UHGV virus genome: UHGV-1882326
Source: a virus
Strand: one strand, 5' to 3'
Length of the DNA stretch: 64,000 bases
The translations under genes and the position numbers were made by a program. The notes below the pieces were generated by a model that was given only the letters and a program-made list of their open reading frames with translations, searched no databases and had not been told where the DNA came from. Of the stretch, positions 1 through 9,488 are shown piece after piece (the first letter of the stretch is position 1; every line of letters starts with the position of its first letter).

Positions 1-160
1 GTGTTTTTATTGTAAAAATATGTTTGCATCCTTCTGTCTGGCACGGAATTTTAATTTCTGGTATCGTTTTGATAATGTCATTTATATTTATATCTCTGTT
101 CATTTTTTTGCCACCTTTTTAATATTATTAGTATATACGTTTTAATTTTTAGTTTAAATA

Positions 161-823
161 TTACAAACCAGAATTATTTACATCTGGTTTGTAATTTATA
201 TCACGATATTGTATTACCATACCTACTTTATAATTTTGACTCGACATTGTAAGCATAATTGATGTATTATCTTTTTTCCAAGTTGCTGTATATACAACAT
301 ATCCATATTCTAATGCTTTTGAAGGACCGGCATGTTCAATTAGGTTTTCTTTTTCATTAGGCATAATTGTGTCTATACTAGGCGTTCCATATTTTTGAAT
401 AAGGGAATTTTTCAACGAATTATAAGCAGTTATAAATTGTCCACCGCTTGTATAATTCAAATTAAATAAATACAAACCCTCATATAATTTTTCATTTTCA
501 AAATGATAAAATGTATAAGCATCATACCCACTTACGGTTGTTTCACCAAAAAGTCCACCGTTCTCCATAGGTTCCAAATTTATTTTGGTTTCATATTTTT
601 TTACTGTGTCTGCATTATCACCCCAAATACTACTTCTAAATGTACATCCTTCTCGTTGTTCAATAATTTCCTCATCGGCTTCTGATGTAGGTTCGCTTTC
701 TGTTTCTTCGGGTCTGGTAACAGTAGCTACCGTAGAAGTAACTCTTACGTTTGTTTTAGAAGAATTACAACCACCCAAAATAAATGTTGTACTCATCAAT
801 AATATTACAGCAATTTTTTTCAT
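161..823 (-). CDS. putative lipoprotein (accessory/moron-like)
   Basis: 220-aa ORF. The N-terminus MKKIAVILLMSTTFILGGC has a signal-peptide-like hydrophobic stretch with a lipobox-like Cys. An AGGAG RBS lies ~9 nt upstream. A hairpin acaaaccag/ctggtttgt follows the stop at ~166..193. Confidence 0.5.
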   Translation of the reverse strand: MKKIAVILLMSTTFILGGCNSSKTNVRVTSTVATVTRPEETESEPTSEADEEIIEQREGCTFRSSIWGDNADTVKKYETKINLEPMENGGLFGETTVSGYDAYTFYHFENEKLYEGLYLFNLNYTSGGQFITAYNSLKNSLIQKYGTPSIDTIMPNEKENLIEHAGPSKALEYGYVVYTATWKKDNTSIMLTMSSQNYKVGMVIQYRDINYKPDVNNSGL

Positions 824-834
824 ACCTTTTTCTC

Positions 835-2217
835 CTATTTTAAAATATTTTCAAATAATTTTTGTACATTCTTCAGTGAATGAGCATAAAACTCCATTAA
901 TTCAAATAAAGTAAGCACCCCAAATTCATAACCTGCATAAAGAACTACATAAGGTTGTACTTGTGGCATATAGTTTTTTAATATAACAGGCAATGATTTT
1001 CCTAAATATTTTTCACCTTCTGGCAATAAGATATAAAGTTGATAAAACAGATAGCCAAATAATACACATACAATATGAAATAAAATCATATTGAGTTTTG
1101 TACTCTTAAAATCTTCTATTTTCCAAAAATCTTTTAATTGCCTATAATCTTCTTCTATTTCTGGTCGCAATTCATAAATACGGACAATTTCCTTCGCTGA
1201 TTTAGTAATGTCTGTAGTTATAAAAACAAAATAATTATCAAATTGTTTATCCCAAACAACGCAGGTATTTATAGGAACATCATTTTCGGAAGTATCACTG
1301 TCCCAGTACATTCCCATACCTTCAACTAAAGATACAACTTGATTTTTTCTTTTAAAATTAGGGTGCGGTTTCCAGATGTTTTGTTCTTTTGCGCTTAAAA
1401 TAGCTTGTTGATAAGCTACCATATTCTTCCTTAAAGGGATATATGTGTCTACGTTTCTTTCTACTTTAAGAAAATTCATCAATTCTCTTGACATAAAGCC
1501 TCTGTCATTAATTAAAATATCCCCAGGTTTCAATACAGGAGAAGTTCTAACCATTTCTTCACTTAGGTTTAGATCGTGGCTTTGGATGCTTCCAAAACGT
1601 ATATCTTCAATTAAACCAACATCTTTAACAATTCCTCTAAGGGTAGCAAGTTTATAACCTCTTGTAAGTTTATTGTCACGCTTACTATGGCTTATTCCCG
1701 ACATTTCATAATTGGAATTTTTAAAATTTACTTCTAAATCAGTACAGTCTAATATGTGTATATTAGGTTCTATATTTAATAGAGGGAGAATACCTTTTTG
1801 AATTGTGTAAATATAACCATTTATAAATAATTCAGCGTCATATTTTCCTAATAAAAATCTTAAACTTCCTTCTTGCATTAACCCATTCTTTAAATTACCA
1901 GAGTCATCTATAAGAGTATATCCTAACTCAGCTAAAGTTTTATGGTCGTTAAGAGCGTAAGGAATGTCAGTAAGACTTGTCTGAACACGCATTTTAGCCG
2001 CAATAGCACTAGCCCAAATTAACTTATAAGGGATTGTTGTGTTATCTGCTCTGAAATCTGGTATATATTTTTCTAAGCAGTTAAAAATATTACATGAATT
2101 TATTTTCAATATAATATCGTCAATTAAATTTGTAGTGCTAAGGGCAACAGCGTCCAGTTGACCACTGCGTATTTTATCAAGGATATTTTCTTGATTATAC
2201 TTGCACAATCTAATCAT
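835..2217 (-). CDS. IS4-family DDE transposase-like protein
   Basis: 460 aa. It contains the IS4-family signature Y-(2)-R-(3)-E-(6)-K as YELRPEIEEDYRQLK near the C-terminus, and a DRGF motif (ILINDRGFMS). Its stop codon lies only 11 nt before the ATG of the downstream lipoprotein gene. No terminal inverted repeats could be confirmed by eye. Confidence 0.6.
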   Translation of the reverse strand: MIRLCKYNQENILDKIRSGQLDAVALSTTNLIDDIILKINSCNIFNCLEKYIPDFRADNTTIPYKLIWASAIAAKMRVQTSLTDIPYALNDHKTLAELGYTLIDDSGNLKNGLMQEGSLRFLLGKYDAELFINGYIYTIQKGILPLLNIEPNIHILDCTDLEVNFKNSNYEMSGISHSKRDNKLTRGYKLATLRGIVKDVGLIEDIRFGSIQSHDLNLSEEMVRTSPVLKPGDILINDRGFMSRELMNFLKVERNVDTYIPLRKNMVAYQQAILSAKEQNIWKPHPNFKRKNQVVSLVEGMGMYWDSDTSENDVPINTCVVWDKQFDNYFVFITTDITKSAKEIVRIYELRPEIEEDYRQLKDFWKIEDFKSTKLNMILFHIVCVLFGYLFYQLYILLPEGEKYLGKSLPVILKNYMPQVQPYVVLYAGYEFGVLTLFELMEFYAHSLKNVQKLFENILK

Positions 2218-2346
2218 ATTCTCACCTCCTTCCTTACTTTTATTATACTATAAGTATATCAAAAAGTCTACTATTAGAGCAACTTTCGATATTCCAACAG
2301 TGTAACAAATTCATTGTATAGTTGTACAATAAGGAGAGATAATCAT

Positions 2347-2790
2347 ATGGTTCTAATAGGGGCGAAAATCAAGGAATTACGCAATTCATGTAAATTTACA
2401 CAAAAAGAATTGGCTGATTTAGTTGGTGTAACAAAATCTACTATTGCGGCATATGAGAACGATAGTCGAACACCGTCTTTTGAAGTGTTAATAAAACTAG
2501 CCACTGTTTTTCATGTTACAACAGATACTATATTATTAAATCGTTCTGGTTCGATTTTAGAAGTTGACGGATTAACACCGGAACAAATACACATTATAAA
2601 AATTATTATTGATAGTTTTTGCAAAAGTAATCTTGTCACAAAGGCATTTGAGGATAATTCATTGGATATTCTTGAAACAATGTTGAATTTTAAAAGAATT
2701 GCTGACGATCAGGAACCTTTAATAGAAAAAAATATGTTGGAATTATCGTCTGACCTAAGTAAAATAATAAAAAAGAAGAAAAAGAAATAA
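2347..2790 (+). CDS. XRE/Cro-CI-type helix-turn-helix transcriptional regulator
   Basis: The ORF track gives 2314..2790. The likely start is ATG 2347, preceded by AAGGAGAG. It carries an HTH_3 motif, IKELRNSCKFTQKELADLVGVTKSTIAAYENDSRTPS. It is divergent from the transposase gene. The palindrome ATTGTAtagttgTACAAT lies just upstream. Confidence 0.8.
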   Translation: MVLIGAKIKELRNSCKFTQKELADLVGVTKSTIAAYENDSRTPSFEVLIKLATVFHVTTDTILLNRSGSILEVDGLTPEQIHIIKIIIDSFCKSNLVTKAFEDNSLDILETMLNFKRIADDQEPLIEKNMLELSSDLSKIIKKKKKK

Positions 2791-2822
2791 CTCCCCATTT
2801 TGAATATTAGGGAGTTATTTTA
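2788..2822. terminator. bidirectional rho-independent terminator between convergent genes
   Basis: Hairpin aaCTCCCCattttgaatattaGGGAGtt with flanking A/T runs, located between the XRE gene (+) and the tail fibre gene (-). Confidence 0.5.
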
Positions 2823-2845
2823 CTTTACGAATTGAAGTTATGTTT

Positions 2846-4504
2846 TTACTGATTCTTTATCCACACAAGTCTTACTTTACAGTTGCAAGTTTTATCATCG
2901 CCTTGGGATTTAAGATAAATTAAAGCGTTATAAGTGCCATCTGGTGTTATATCTAAAGAGCAATGACCTACAAATGGGTTAGTATCGTCAATAACCAAAG
3001 TAGCAGATATTGGAGTATAGCCACTTTGCATTGCTAAATCATAACTATACCATTGTTCCTCACCACTTGCGATTGTCAATTCATAAGCAACATCTGTATA
3101 TTTAATAATAGAATTTACAGTATTTGCGACTTGATTTTCGTCAAAAGTCATTTTCCAAGCGTTCAGACTTTCAACGTCATGCTGACACCTTTCAAATGAA
3201 TCTGCTAATGTTTTAAACTGATTATAATTTACTGCGTCATTTTTCTGTTGTCCTGCTCTAATACCTCTTAAAATCACGTCTTGATTTGTGTCACCAGTAT
3301 GAACACCAGTAATAACTTTTACATATTCTGGAACTTTTGTATCAGTATTGATAGAAGCCTGTGAAGTTTCTCTAATAAAATATGTGTTATTTGCACTATC
3401 ATTAATCCCACCATAAATCTCTACAGCAGAAGTATTGATTAATTTATACTGTTTCATATCCAAGTCTTTATTTGGAACAAAATCACTTGGCAAATGAGTT
3501 TCAAAATACTTTTTATTAACGGCATCAGTATCTTGAATAGGGGTATCTACACCTCTAACAATAACTGGATTGCCGTTTTTGTCAGTTAAATCTAATATAC
3601 CACTTGCTTCGTCACCATTTACAGTAAGATTAATACACATATTGGCGTTATCAGCTTTCTGAATGGTAACTTGATTTTCCGTAACAGAATTTACAATATC
3701 ATCAACATATTTCTTATTAACAGCCATATTATCACCAGTAGGTTCAGCAACACCATCTATTTGAACTGGTGCAAGTGTTCCATCTTGAACGCCTTTAGGA
3801 TAAGTACCAACCAGTAAATGATATTCCTCACCAGTCATGGCAGAAGTTATAAAAGGAACTAATCTACCGTCTGTTAATGATACTGGGTCAGCAAAATAAA
3901 ATCTATCCCCACTGTCCATTACCATAGAATTTTTAAATACATAAGCCAAGTCATTTTGACCTAAAACAAACTCCTCTTGCCCGCTATCCAAAACTGGATT
4001 ATGCTCAATTCCATATTCTTTTATGTTATCAGCATATTTCTTATTTACGGTATCATTATCATTTGTTGGCGTATCAATTCCCCTAAGTTTAATATCTTTC
4101 TTTGTCTTAGGATTAGATAATTCAACAGTAGTTCCGTTATCAATTTCACTTGTAATTTCGTGAGGAATGATACCAACATATCCAGTTTCACCTAATGTCA
4201 ATTCACTTGCATTTTCAACTTGATAACCAGACATATTTATAGCACCTTGCATAGTACCACCAGATAACGGCAAGTAATCACCAGTAGCAGTCGTTCCACC
4301 ACCCGTTGTAACAGAAGTAACAGAACTTATCTTTTTCCATACGCCATTTTCTTTATCCCAACGGTACTCTTGCATATTATTATCAACTTCATAAAAAGCA
4401 CTACCGTTAGGAACATCTTCTGTTGGTTTTACATCTGTGGTATTGCCGTAAAATTCTGTAAAAATTGTGCCGTTAGCACCACCAACTTTGTTTACTGTTC
4501 TCAT
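2846..4504 (-). CDS. tail fibre / receptor-binding protein with internal repeats
   Basis: 552 aa. It is the last gene of the tail module. A repeated motif (D/N)xVNKKY(A/V/F)D occurs 3 to 4 times (DTVNKKYADNI, MAVNKKYVDDI, DAVNKKYFETH). It is Gly/Thr/Asn-rich, as is typical of fibres. Confidence 0.55.
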   Translation of the reverse strand: MRTVNKVGGANGTIFTEFYGNTTDVKPTEDVPNGSAFYEVDNNMQEYRWDKENGVWKKISSVTSVTTGGGTTATGDYLPLSGGTMQGAINMSGYQVENASELTLGETGYVGIIPHEITSEIDNGTTVELSNPKTKKDIKLRGIDTPTNDNDTVNKKYADNIKEYGIEHNPVLDSGQEEFVLGQNDLAYVFKNSMVMDSGDRFYFADPVSLTDGRLVPFITSAMTGEEYHLLVGTYPKGVQDGTLAPVQIDGVAEPTGDNMAVNKKYVDDIVNSVTENQVTIQKADNANMCINLTVNGDEASGILDLTDKNGNPVIVRGVDTPIQDTDAVNKKYFETHLPSDFVPNKDLDMKQYKLINTSAVEIYGGINDSANNTYFIRETSQASINTDTKVPEYVKVITGVHTGDTNQDVILRGIRAGQQKNDAVNYNQFKTLADSFERCQHDVESLNAWKMTFDENQVANTVNSIIKYTDVAYELTIASGEEQWYSYDLAMQSGYTPISATLVIDDTNPFVGHCSLDITPDGTYNALIYLKSQGDDKTCNCKVRLVWIKNQ

Positions 4505-4532
4505 TTACGAACCCCTTTCTAATTTATGATAA

Positions 4533-4570
4533 CAAAAAGAGAGGAACTATTATTAATTCCTCTCCATTGT
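4533..4570 (-). terminator. putative rho-independent terminator
   Basis: On the minus strand the hairpin GAGAGGAAttaataatagTTCCTCTC is followed by TTTTTGTTATC, between the 72-aa gene and the fibre gene. Confidence 0.4.
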
Positions 4571-4588
4571 AATATATTTATTTAATTA

Positions 4589-4807
4589 TCAATCCTTAAC
4601 AAGTCTTTGGGTCTGAGGTCTTACACGTTCATCTGTTTTACCAGTTGCAGGGCCAGTTGTTACATAGGTTGTATCCTGTGCGCCCTTTGGTCTTTTAGTC
4701 TGTGCTAAATCATTTGCCATCTGTTCCTTGGTTCTATGGTCTGCATGCTTTCCAGTTGCTACTGCCATAATAATTACCTCCTTTAAGGTTAATATACAGA
4801 AATACAT
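4589..4807 (-). CDS. small basic hypothetical protein
   Basis: 72-aa ORF. The likely true start is the internal MAVATGKH, preceded by TAAGGAGG. It is Lys/Thr/Gln-rich. Confidence 0.4.
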   Translation of the reverse strand: MYFCILTLKEVIIMAVATGKHADHRTKEQMANDLAQTKRPKGAQDTTYVTTGPATGKTDERVRPQTQRLVKD

Positions 4808-4948
4808 AATTTTTAAAATAGTTTTAGAACAATTTTTATAGCACTTTATTTTTCATTTAAAACAGTAAGTCTGTAAACTTTCTATATGAATTGTTCTTTA
4901 TTTATAATACTACTTGTCACCTTATTTGTCAAGCGAATTTTAATCACT

Positions 4949-5509
4949 TTATGATAATTTTATCCATTTACTTGTAGTTGGAATTTCATCTTCAACACTT
5001 GTCAACATAATTCCATTATCATCATTCTCAAATGAATTAGTAACAGCCGTTTCCTCACCAATTTCCTCTTTATCCTTAGAATTGGACACATGAGTTACTA
5101 CAGCCTTGTATAACTCACCGTACTCGTTAGTAACCCTATCTCCCTCTTTATATTCAACGCCCTCAGTCCATACTGGATAGAGTTCTGGAACTTCTACGGC
5201 TTGTTCGTCTGTGAAATTCTGTGCTGATAATTTAGCTGTTTTATAAAGGGTCTTATTAATTTGTTGTAAAGTCGCAACTTGCTGTTCTTGTGTTGGAACG
5301 TAAGCAATTTCATTATCTTCTAAGTCATAAAACTTGCCGTTTTTATATTTGCAACCTATAAAACAAGGGTATTGTAAACAGTCTACTGCGATAGCTTCAT
5401 TGCCGTAAGTACCTCTTGCAATCTGATTAGCAAGTTCATAATTGTCGCATACAATAATATTCTGTACAGTTTCCTCATGTACAATAGCAAAAACTTGATG
5501 TACAATCAT
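4949..5509 (-). CDS. hypothetical tail-associated protein
   Basis: 186-aa ORF sitting in the tail-fibre gene cluster. Confidence 0.35.
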   Translation of the reverse strand: MIVHQVFAIVHEETVQNIIVCDNYELANQIARGTYGNEAIAVDCLQYPCFIGCKYKNGKFYDLEDNEIAYVPTQEQQVATLQQINKTLYKTAKLSAQNFTDEQAVEVPELYPVWTEGVEYKEGDRVTNEYGELYKAVVTHVSNSKDKEEIGEETAVTNSFENDDNGIMLTSVEDEIPTTSKWIKLS

Positions 5510-5534
5510 ATCATTTCTATCCTTTCATTCTATA

Positions 5535-5780
5535 TTAATAAGCGAAAATACTATTCACTGTTAAAGTGCCAGTTTGTTGGGCTTGTGGATTAGTGGTATA
5601 AAAAGTTGTACCAGTTAATACTTGATTTACATTGGCGTTACCAGTTAATTCAAGAGTTCCAATTTGTTCATCATCAGAACCTAAACCAAGAAAGATATAA
5701 CCTTTCATAACTTCTGATTTGGTTGCAGTCAATTCAGAAGTATCAACGCCACCAGATATAAAATTATTAATTATAGCCAT
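5535..5780 (-). CDS. short paralogue of the fibre N-terminal domain
   Basis: 81 aa. Its N-terminal ~65 residues align with the N-terminus of the adjacent 445-aa Gly-rich fibre (GGxxSxxATAxxNVLKGYTFVG.DSDDxQTGTLELTGNA, TFYNTD motif). Confidence 0.45.
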   Translation of the reverse strand: MAIINNFISGGVDTSELTATKSEVMKGYIFLGLGSDDEQIGTLELTGNANVNQVLTGTTFYTTNPQAQQTGTLTVNSIFAY

Positions 5781-5795
5781 ATGATACTCCTTTCT

Positions 5796-7133
5796 TTATT
5801 TGAAACGGATAAGGATAATTCCAGAACCACCAGTACCACCGTCCCTACCACTATAAGCATAGCCACCACCGCCACCACCTGCTCCACCACCAGTATTAGC
5901 AGAACCATTGCCGCCCGCACTAGCGAAAATGTAATCTGGTTCACTAGAAGAACCTCCACTTCTATAGGTGCCATTACCACCATGACCGCCACCTATAGAA
6001 CCACCAGAGCCGCCCCAGTTACCCGGTGTTAAAGCACCTAATCCTTGTCCACCAGAACCACCACCGCCAGAATAAACAGTACCAGAACTTTCACCAAATG
6101 GGCGAGTTGTTGTTCCTTGACCTAATCCTTGACTATTTGTGACACCAGGACTATTACCACCATTGCCACCATTACTACCGCCATTATTTCCATAAGTATA
6201 TCCATACGTTGAACCACCTACTCCACCGCCACTACCGCCACAACTAGCACGATAATATGGTGAAGTAGTTTCACCGTCACCGCCATATCCACCAGAAGCA
6301 GTACATAATGTAGTTCCGCTTCTTGTTACAGAAGTAGTGCCACCAGTACCCCCATTAGCGCCGCCACCGCCACCAATAGAGCATACTAAAGTTTGTCCAG
6401 AAGATACACTAACATTAGAAGCAGTTTTAGTGTAGCCACCACCGCCACCACCGCCACCATAAGTTGAATTTCTATCTCGACTTTCTCCATGCCCACCACC
6501 GCCACCACCACCAACACAAAATATATCAACTTGACTATATCCACTTGGTACAGTTACATTTGTACTACTTGTAATCGTCTGTGTATATGTACTACCACTT
6601 ACAATATTACCTTGTATTGGTGTTCCTATCAATTCCCCATTACTTGTCACACAATAACTATACACACTTATGTAATACCTAGTTCCAAGATTAGGAAACC
6701 CCAAAGTAACACTACTTCTACCACCACTTGTAGTATTATTTCCAGTACCTTTATAAATCTGAGTACCACCAGTCCCAGGATTTCCACTTGTGCTATATTT
6801 AACATATACACCACTATAAGGTCTACCAGTAGTTTGTATAGGGTTAGACCAAGTAACAGTAATATTTCTACCACTAGAAACAGCTAAGTTTAAATTACTT
6901 ACATTACCAACTTCCATTATGCCAGTAACCTTAATTTTAGCGTCTGTATTATAAAACGTAGCACCTTTGATAACATGACTTTCTATAGCGTTTCCAGTCA
7001 GTTCCAATGTGCCAGTTTGTATATCGTCACTATCTTTTCCTACGAATGTATATCCTTTTAATACATTATTTGGTTCAGCAGTTGCAATATCAGAACTACC
7101 ACCACCAGTAGGAAATCTATTCATAATTGACAT
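5796..7133 (-). CDS. glycine-rich tail fibre protein
   Basis: 445 aa with long poly-Gly/Ser/Asn tracts (GGGGGGGHG, GGGGGGGGYTKT and GGxGGxGG runs), resembling the Gly-rich domain of phage fibres. The antisense ORFs here are artefacts of G-rich codons. Confidence 0.6.
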   Translation of the reverse strand: MSIMNRFPTGGGSSDIATAEPNNVLKGYTFVGKDSDDIQTGTLELTGNAIESHVIKGATFYNTDAKIKVTGIMEVGNVSNLNLAVSSGRNITVTWSNPIQTTGRPYSGVYVKYSTSGNPGTGGTQIYKGTGNNTTSGGRSSVTLGFPNLGTRYYISVYSYCVTSNGELIGTPIQGNIVSGSTYTQTITSSTNVTVPSGYSQVDIFCVGGGGGGGHGESRDRNSTYGGGGGGGGYTKTASNVSVSSGQTLVCSIGGGGGANGGTGGTTSVTRSGTTLCTASGGYGGDGETTSPYYRASCGGSGGGVGGSTYGYTYGNNGGSNGGNGGNSPGVTNSQGLGQGTTTRPFGESSGTVYSGGGGSGGQGLGALTPGNWGGSGGSIGGGHGGNGTYRSGGSSSEPDYIFASAGGNGSANTGGGAGGGGGGYAYSGRDGGTGGSGIILIRFK

Positions 7134-7160
7134 AAAATCACCTCTTTTTGTTAATAAAAC

Positions 7161-7577
7161 TTATCCAATAATCAGCACTTGGATGGGTAAATCTTCCGTT
7201 GGCTTATTCTTATAAGCTGTAAGAGTAATCTGATTTTCTGCTTGTGCTGTACACTGAATGATACATTTCATGGATAGTTTAATTTGGTCTAAGGTTGCAT
7301 TTGAAGCTAAACCAACCTCAATATTATTCTCAGCCGTAACACCATTTACTGTTAAAGTTAATGTATATGGTGCATTATCACCTTGCCAATCTGCACTAGG
7401 AGCATTTACTTGCACACTTACAGATTTAAAAGCACCATTTTCTACATTTTTTATTTTAGTCTGAGGATATAATTGGTCATATCCAGTATCAGTTTTTACA
7501 TTCATTTCTATGTTATAACTTGCCATATTTTCACCAACTTTCTTTATTAAACTTCGATAGATAAAATTTTCCACCAT
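7161..7577 (-). CDS. hypothetical tail protein
   Basis: 138-aa ORF in the tail gene cluster. Confidence 0.35.
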   Translation of the reverse strand: MVENFIYRSLIKKVGENMASYNIEMNVKTDTGYDQLYPQTKIKNVENGAFKSVSVQVNAPSADWQGDNAPYTLTLTVNGVTAENNIEVGLASNATLDQIKLSMKCIIQCTAQAENQITLTAYKNKPTEDLPIQVLIIG

Positions 7578-8236
7578 TGACCACCAACTTCTAATTGTTC
7601 GTCAGTTGGTTCTGTTTCAGATACAATAACTCTTGCTTTTGGAAACTTCATAAATACCTGCCATGTGCTAGGTGTGGTATCTGGTTGAACATTTGTATTC
7701 GCTTTTAAAGCAATATACATTACATTTTCATAAGTAACAACGTCATTAATAGCATAATTTACTGTTTTATCCCAAACATCTTTTAACTGAACGTCAATAC
7801 TTGTCGCACCAACCTCACCTTTTAAGCCAATCAACACCCAGTATTCCATATCAGTAGGCAGATTTCCAGTTGATTGTTTTAAACACATATAAACTTGTTT
7901 GTCATAAACAACAAAGTTATACATTTCATATTGTATATCAGCTTGATATTCTTTCTTATTTATGTAATTATTAAGCATTGTCTGAAATAATTGTTCATCT
8001 TCTGCAAGTTTAACCTCTACTGCATTGTAATATAAATTCTGTAAATATTCAAGAGCCGTATGAATCATATTGAAACATATTGGCATAACCGTTTCAGAAT
8101 CAATGTCATCATTGTTCATAATTAACGCTAATGCTTGACTAAAATAACCCTCTCTAAAATATTGAGAAAACTGTTGCATTAAGTTTCTATTACTTAATGA
8201 TAAGTCTTGCCAACGTCTGACTTCAAAACTTGCCAT
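7547..8236 (-). CDS. hypothetical tail protein
   Basis: 229-aa ORF, tightly packed in the cluster. Confidence 0.35.
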   Translation of the reverse strand: MASFEVRRWQDLSLSNRNLMQQFSQYFREGYFSQALALIMNNDDIDSETVMPICFNMIHTALEYLQNLYYNAVEVKLAEDEQLFQTMLNNYINKKEYQADIQYEMYNFVVYDKQVYMCLKQSTGNLPTDMEYWVLIGLKGEVGATSIDVQLKDVWDKTVNYAINDVVTYENVMYIALKANTNVQPDTTPSTWQVFMKFPKARVIVSETEPTDEQLEVGGQWWKILSIEV

Positions 8237-8250
8237 ATTTTTTTCCTTTC

Positions 8251-8982
8251 TTAGTTCACAATTCTAAACCATAAATCACCAGTTTCTTGTTGACTTGGCG
8301 TTCCCCCTTGTACTGGAATTTCTCTAGGTCTAACAGAACCAATATTAACCCAGTATTGCGAACCCTCAAAAGGTGCTTGGTTATTATTAGCTTCAATACA
8401 AGCCCACACATAGTTACCGTATGTTACTACGTTCTGTGTGGTGTAATGTACTGTACTATCCCATTCTCCTAAGAAAGACAATCCCTCACCAGAATCACCT
8501 TTTTCACCACGAATAGAAAGCACTCGCCAATAAGTTGTATTTGTGGGATCTGTTCCCAAAGGTGGATTAGTAACAGCAATATACACATAATTTACACCGT
8601 TATAGGTGTATGTTACAAAGTTATTCTTAGAATAGGTTATAGTAGGGTTATATATTCCCTTATAGCCAAATAAATTGATGATATTCTGCCATTCAATTTG
8701 CTTGCCCTCTACATAAGGTTGCACATCAGTTTTATAAAAATTTTCCAACGCTTCACAAGTATTGATAATCGTATTTAATTTTTGAGCATTGATAATCTTT
8801 TGATTACCGTTTGGAATTTGTGCAAATATATTTTGTGCGGTTTCATAATCATTAGACTGAATAGCTGTCTGATATTGCTGAATTAATTGTGCGTCAGAAG
8901 CCGTAATATCCAAAAAAGTTGTAAATGTTTGTACTTGATTAGGAAAAGTCGTACTCGGAAATTGAGGGTAACGTTCACTCAT
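8251..8982 (-). CDS. hypothetical tail/baseplate protein
   Basis: 243-aa ORF. AGGAAG RBS. Confidence 0.35.
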   Translation of the reverse strand: MSERYPQFPSTTFPNQVQTFTTFLDITASDAQLIQQYQTAIQSNDYETAQNIFAQIPNGNQKIINAQKLNTIINTCEALENFYKTDVQPYVEGKQIEWQNIINLFGYKGIYNPTITYSKNNFVTYTYNGVNYVYIAVTNPPLGTDPTNTTYWRVLSIRGEKGDSGEGLSFLGEWDSTVHYTTQNVVTYGNYVWACIEANNNQAPFEGSQYWVNIGSVRPREIPVQGGTPSQQETGDLWFRIVN

Positions 8983-9488
8983 AAATCACACTTCCTTTCT
9001 ATGTAATCTAAATATTATTATATATTATTCTTTATTTTATTACAACAAAAAAGAGTGAATCTATTAAGAAACACTCTTTCTTGCTACCAAAAACGTATTA
9101 CAGGGGGTTTAATGAAAATAAGAAAAATATGCTTAGTTCTTTTTTCCAAGCATTACGTCACCATTCACCTTTTATCTCTCGCACATAAAAGGGTTCAGCT
9201 TTTTGTGACTAACTACCTATCTAACCATAGGTTAGTTTGAATTGTCACCATCACAGGCTTTTTTTCAACTTTAGCTGAATTAATTTCATTATCACTATGG
9301 CAAGTAAATGATAATGAAAATCCAGTTAAGAAAAGGAACGTTGTGGATTTTTCGCACATGGATACGAACAACAATGTATACAATTTATAAGGAGAACATA
9401 TATCTTTTATTTCCTTTCCTTAACTTAATTATATCTTACCATACTTTACGCCTTGTGTCAATAGTTATTTTGAAATATTTCCACTTAT

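Noticed and set aside
5781-6887. Plus-strand ORFs (83, 132, 68 aa) overlapping the Gly-rich fibre gene
   Set aside because: They are antisense to a long, well-supported minus-strand gene. Their low-complexity T/S/I-rich translations are the mirror image of poly-Gly codons, so they are artefacts.
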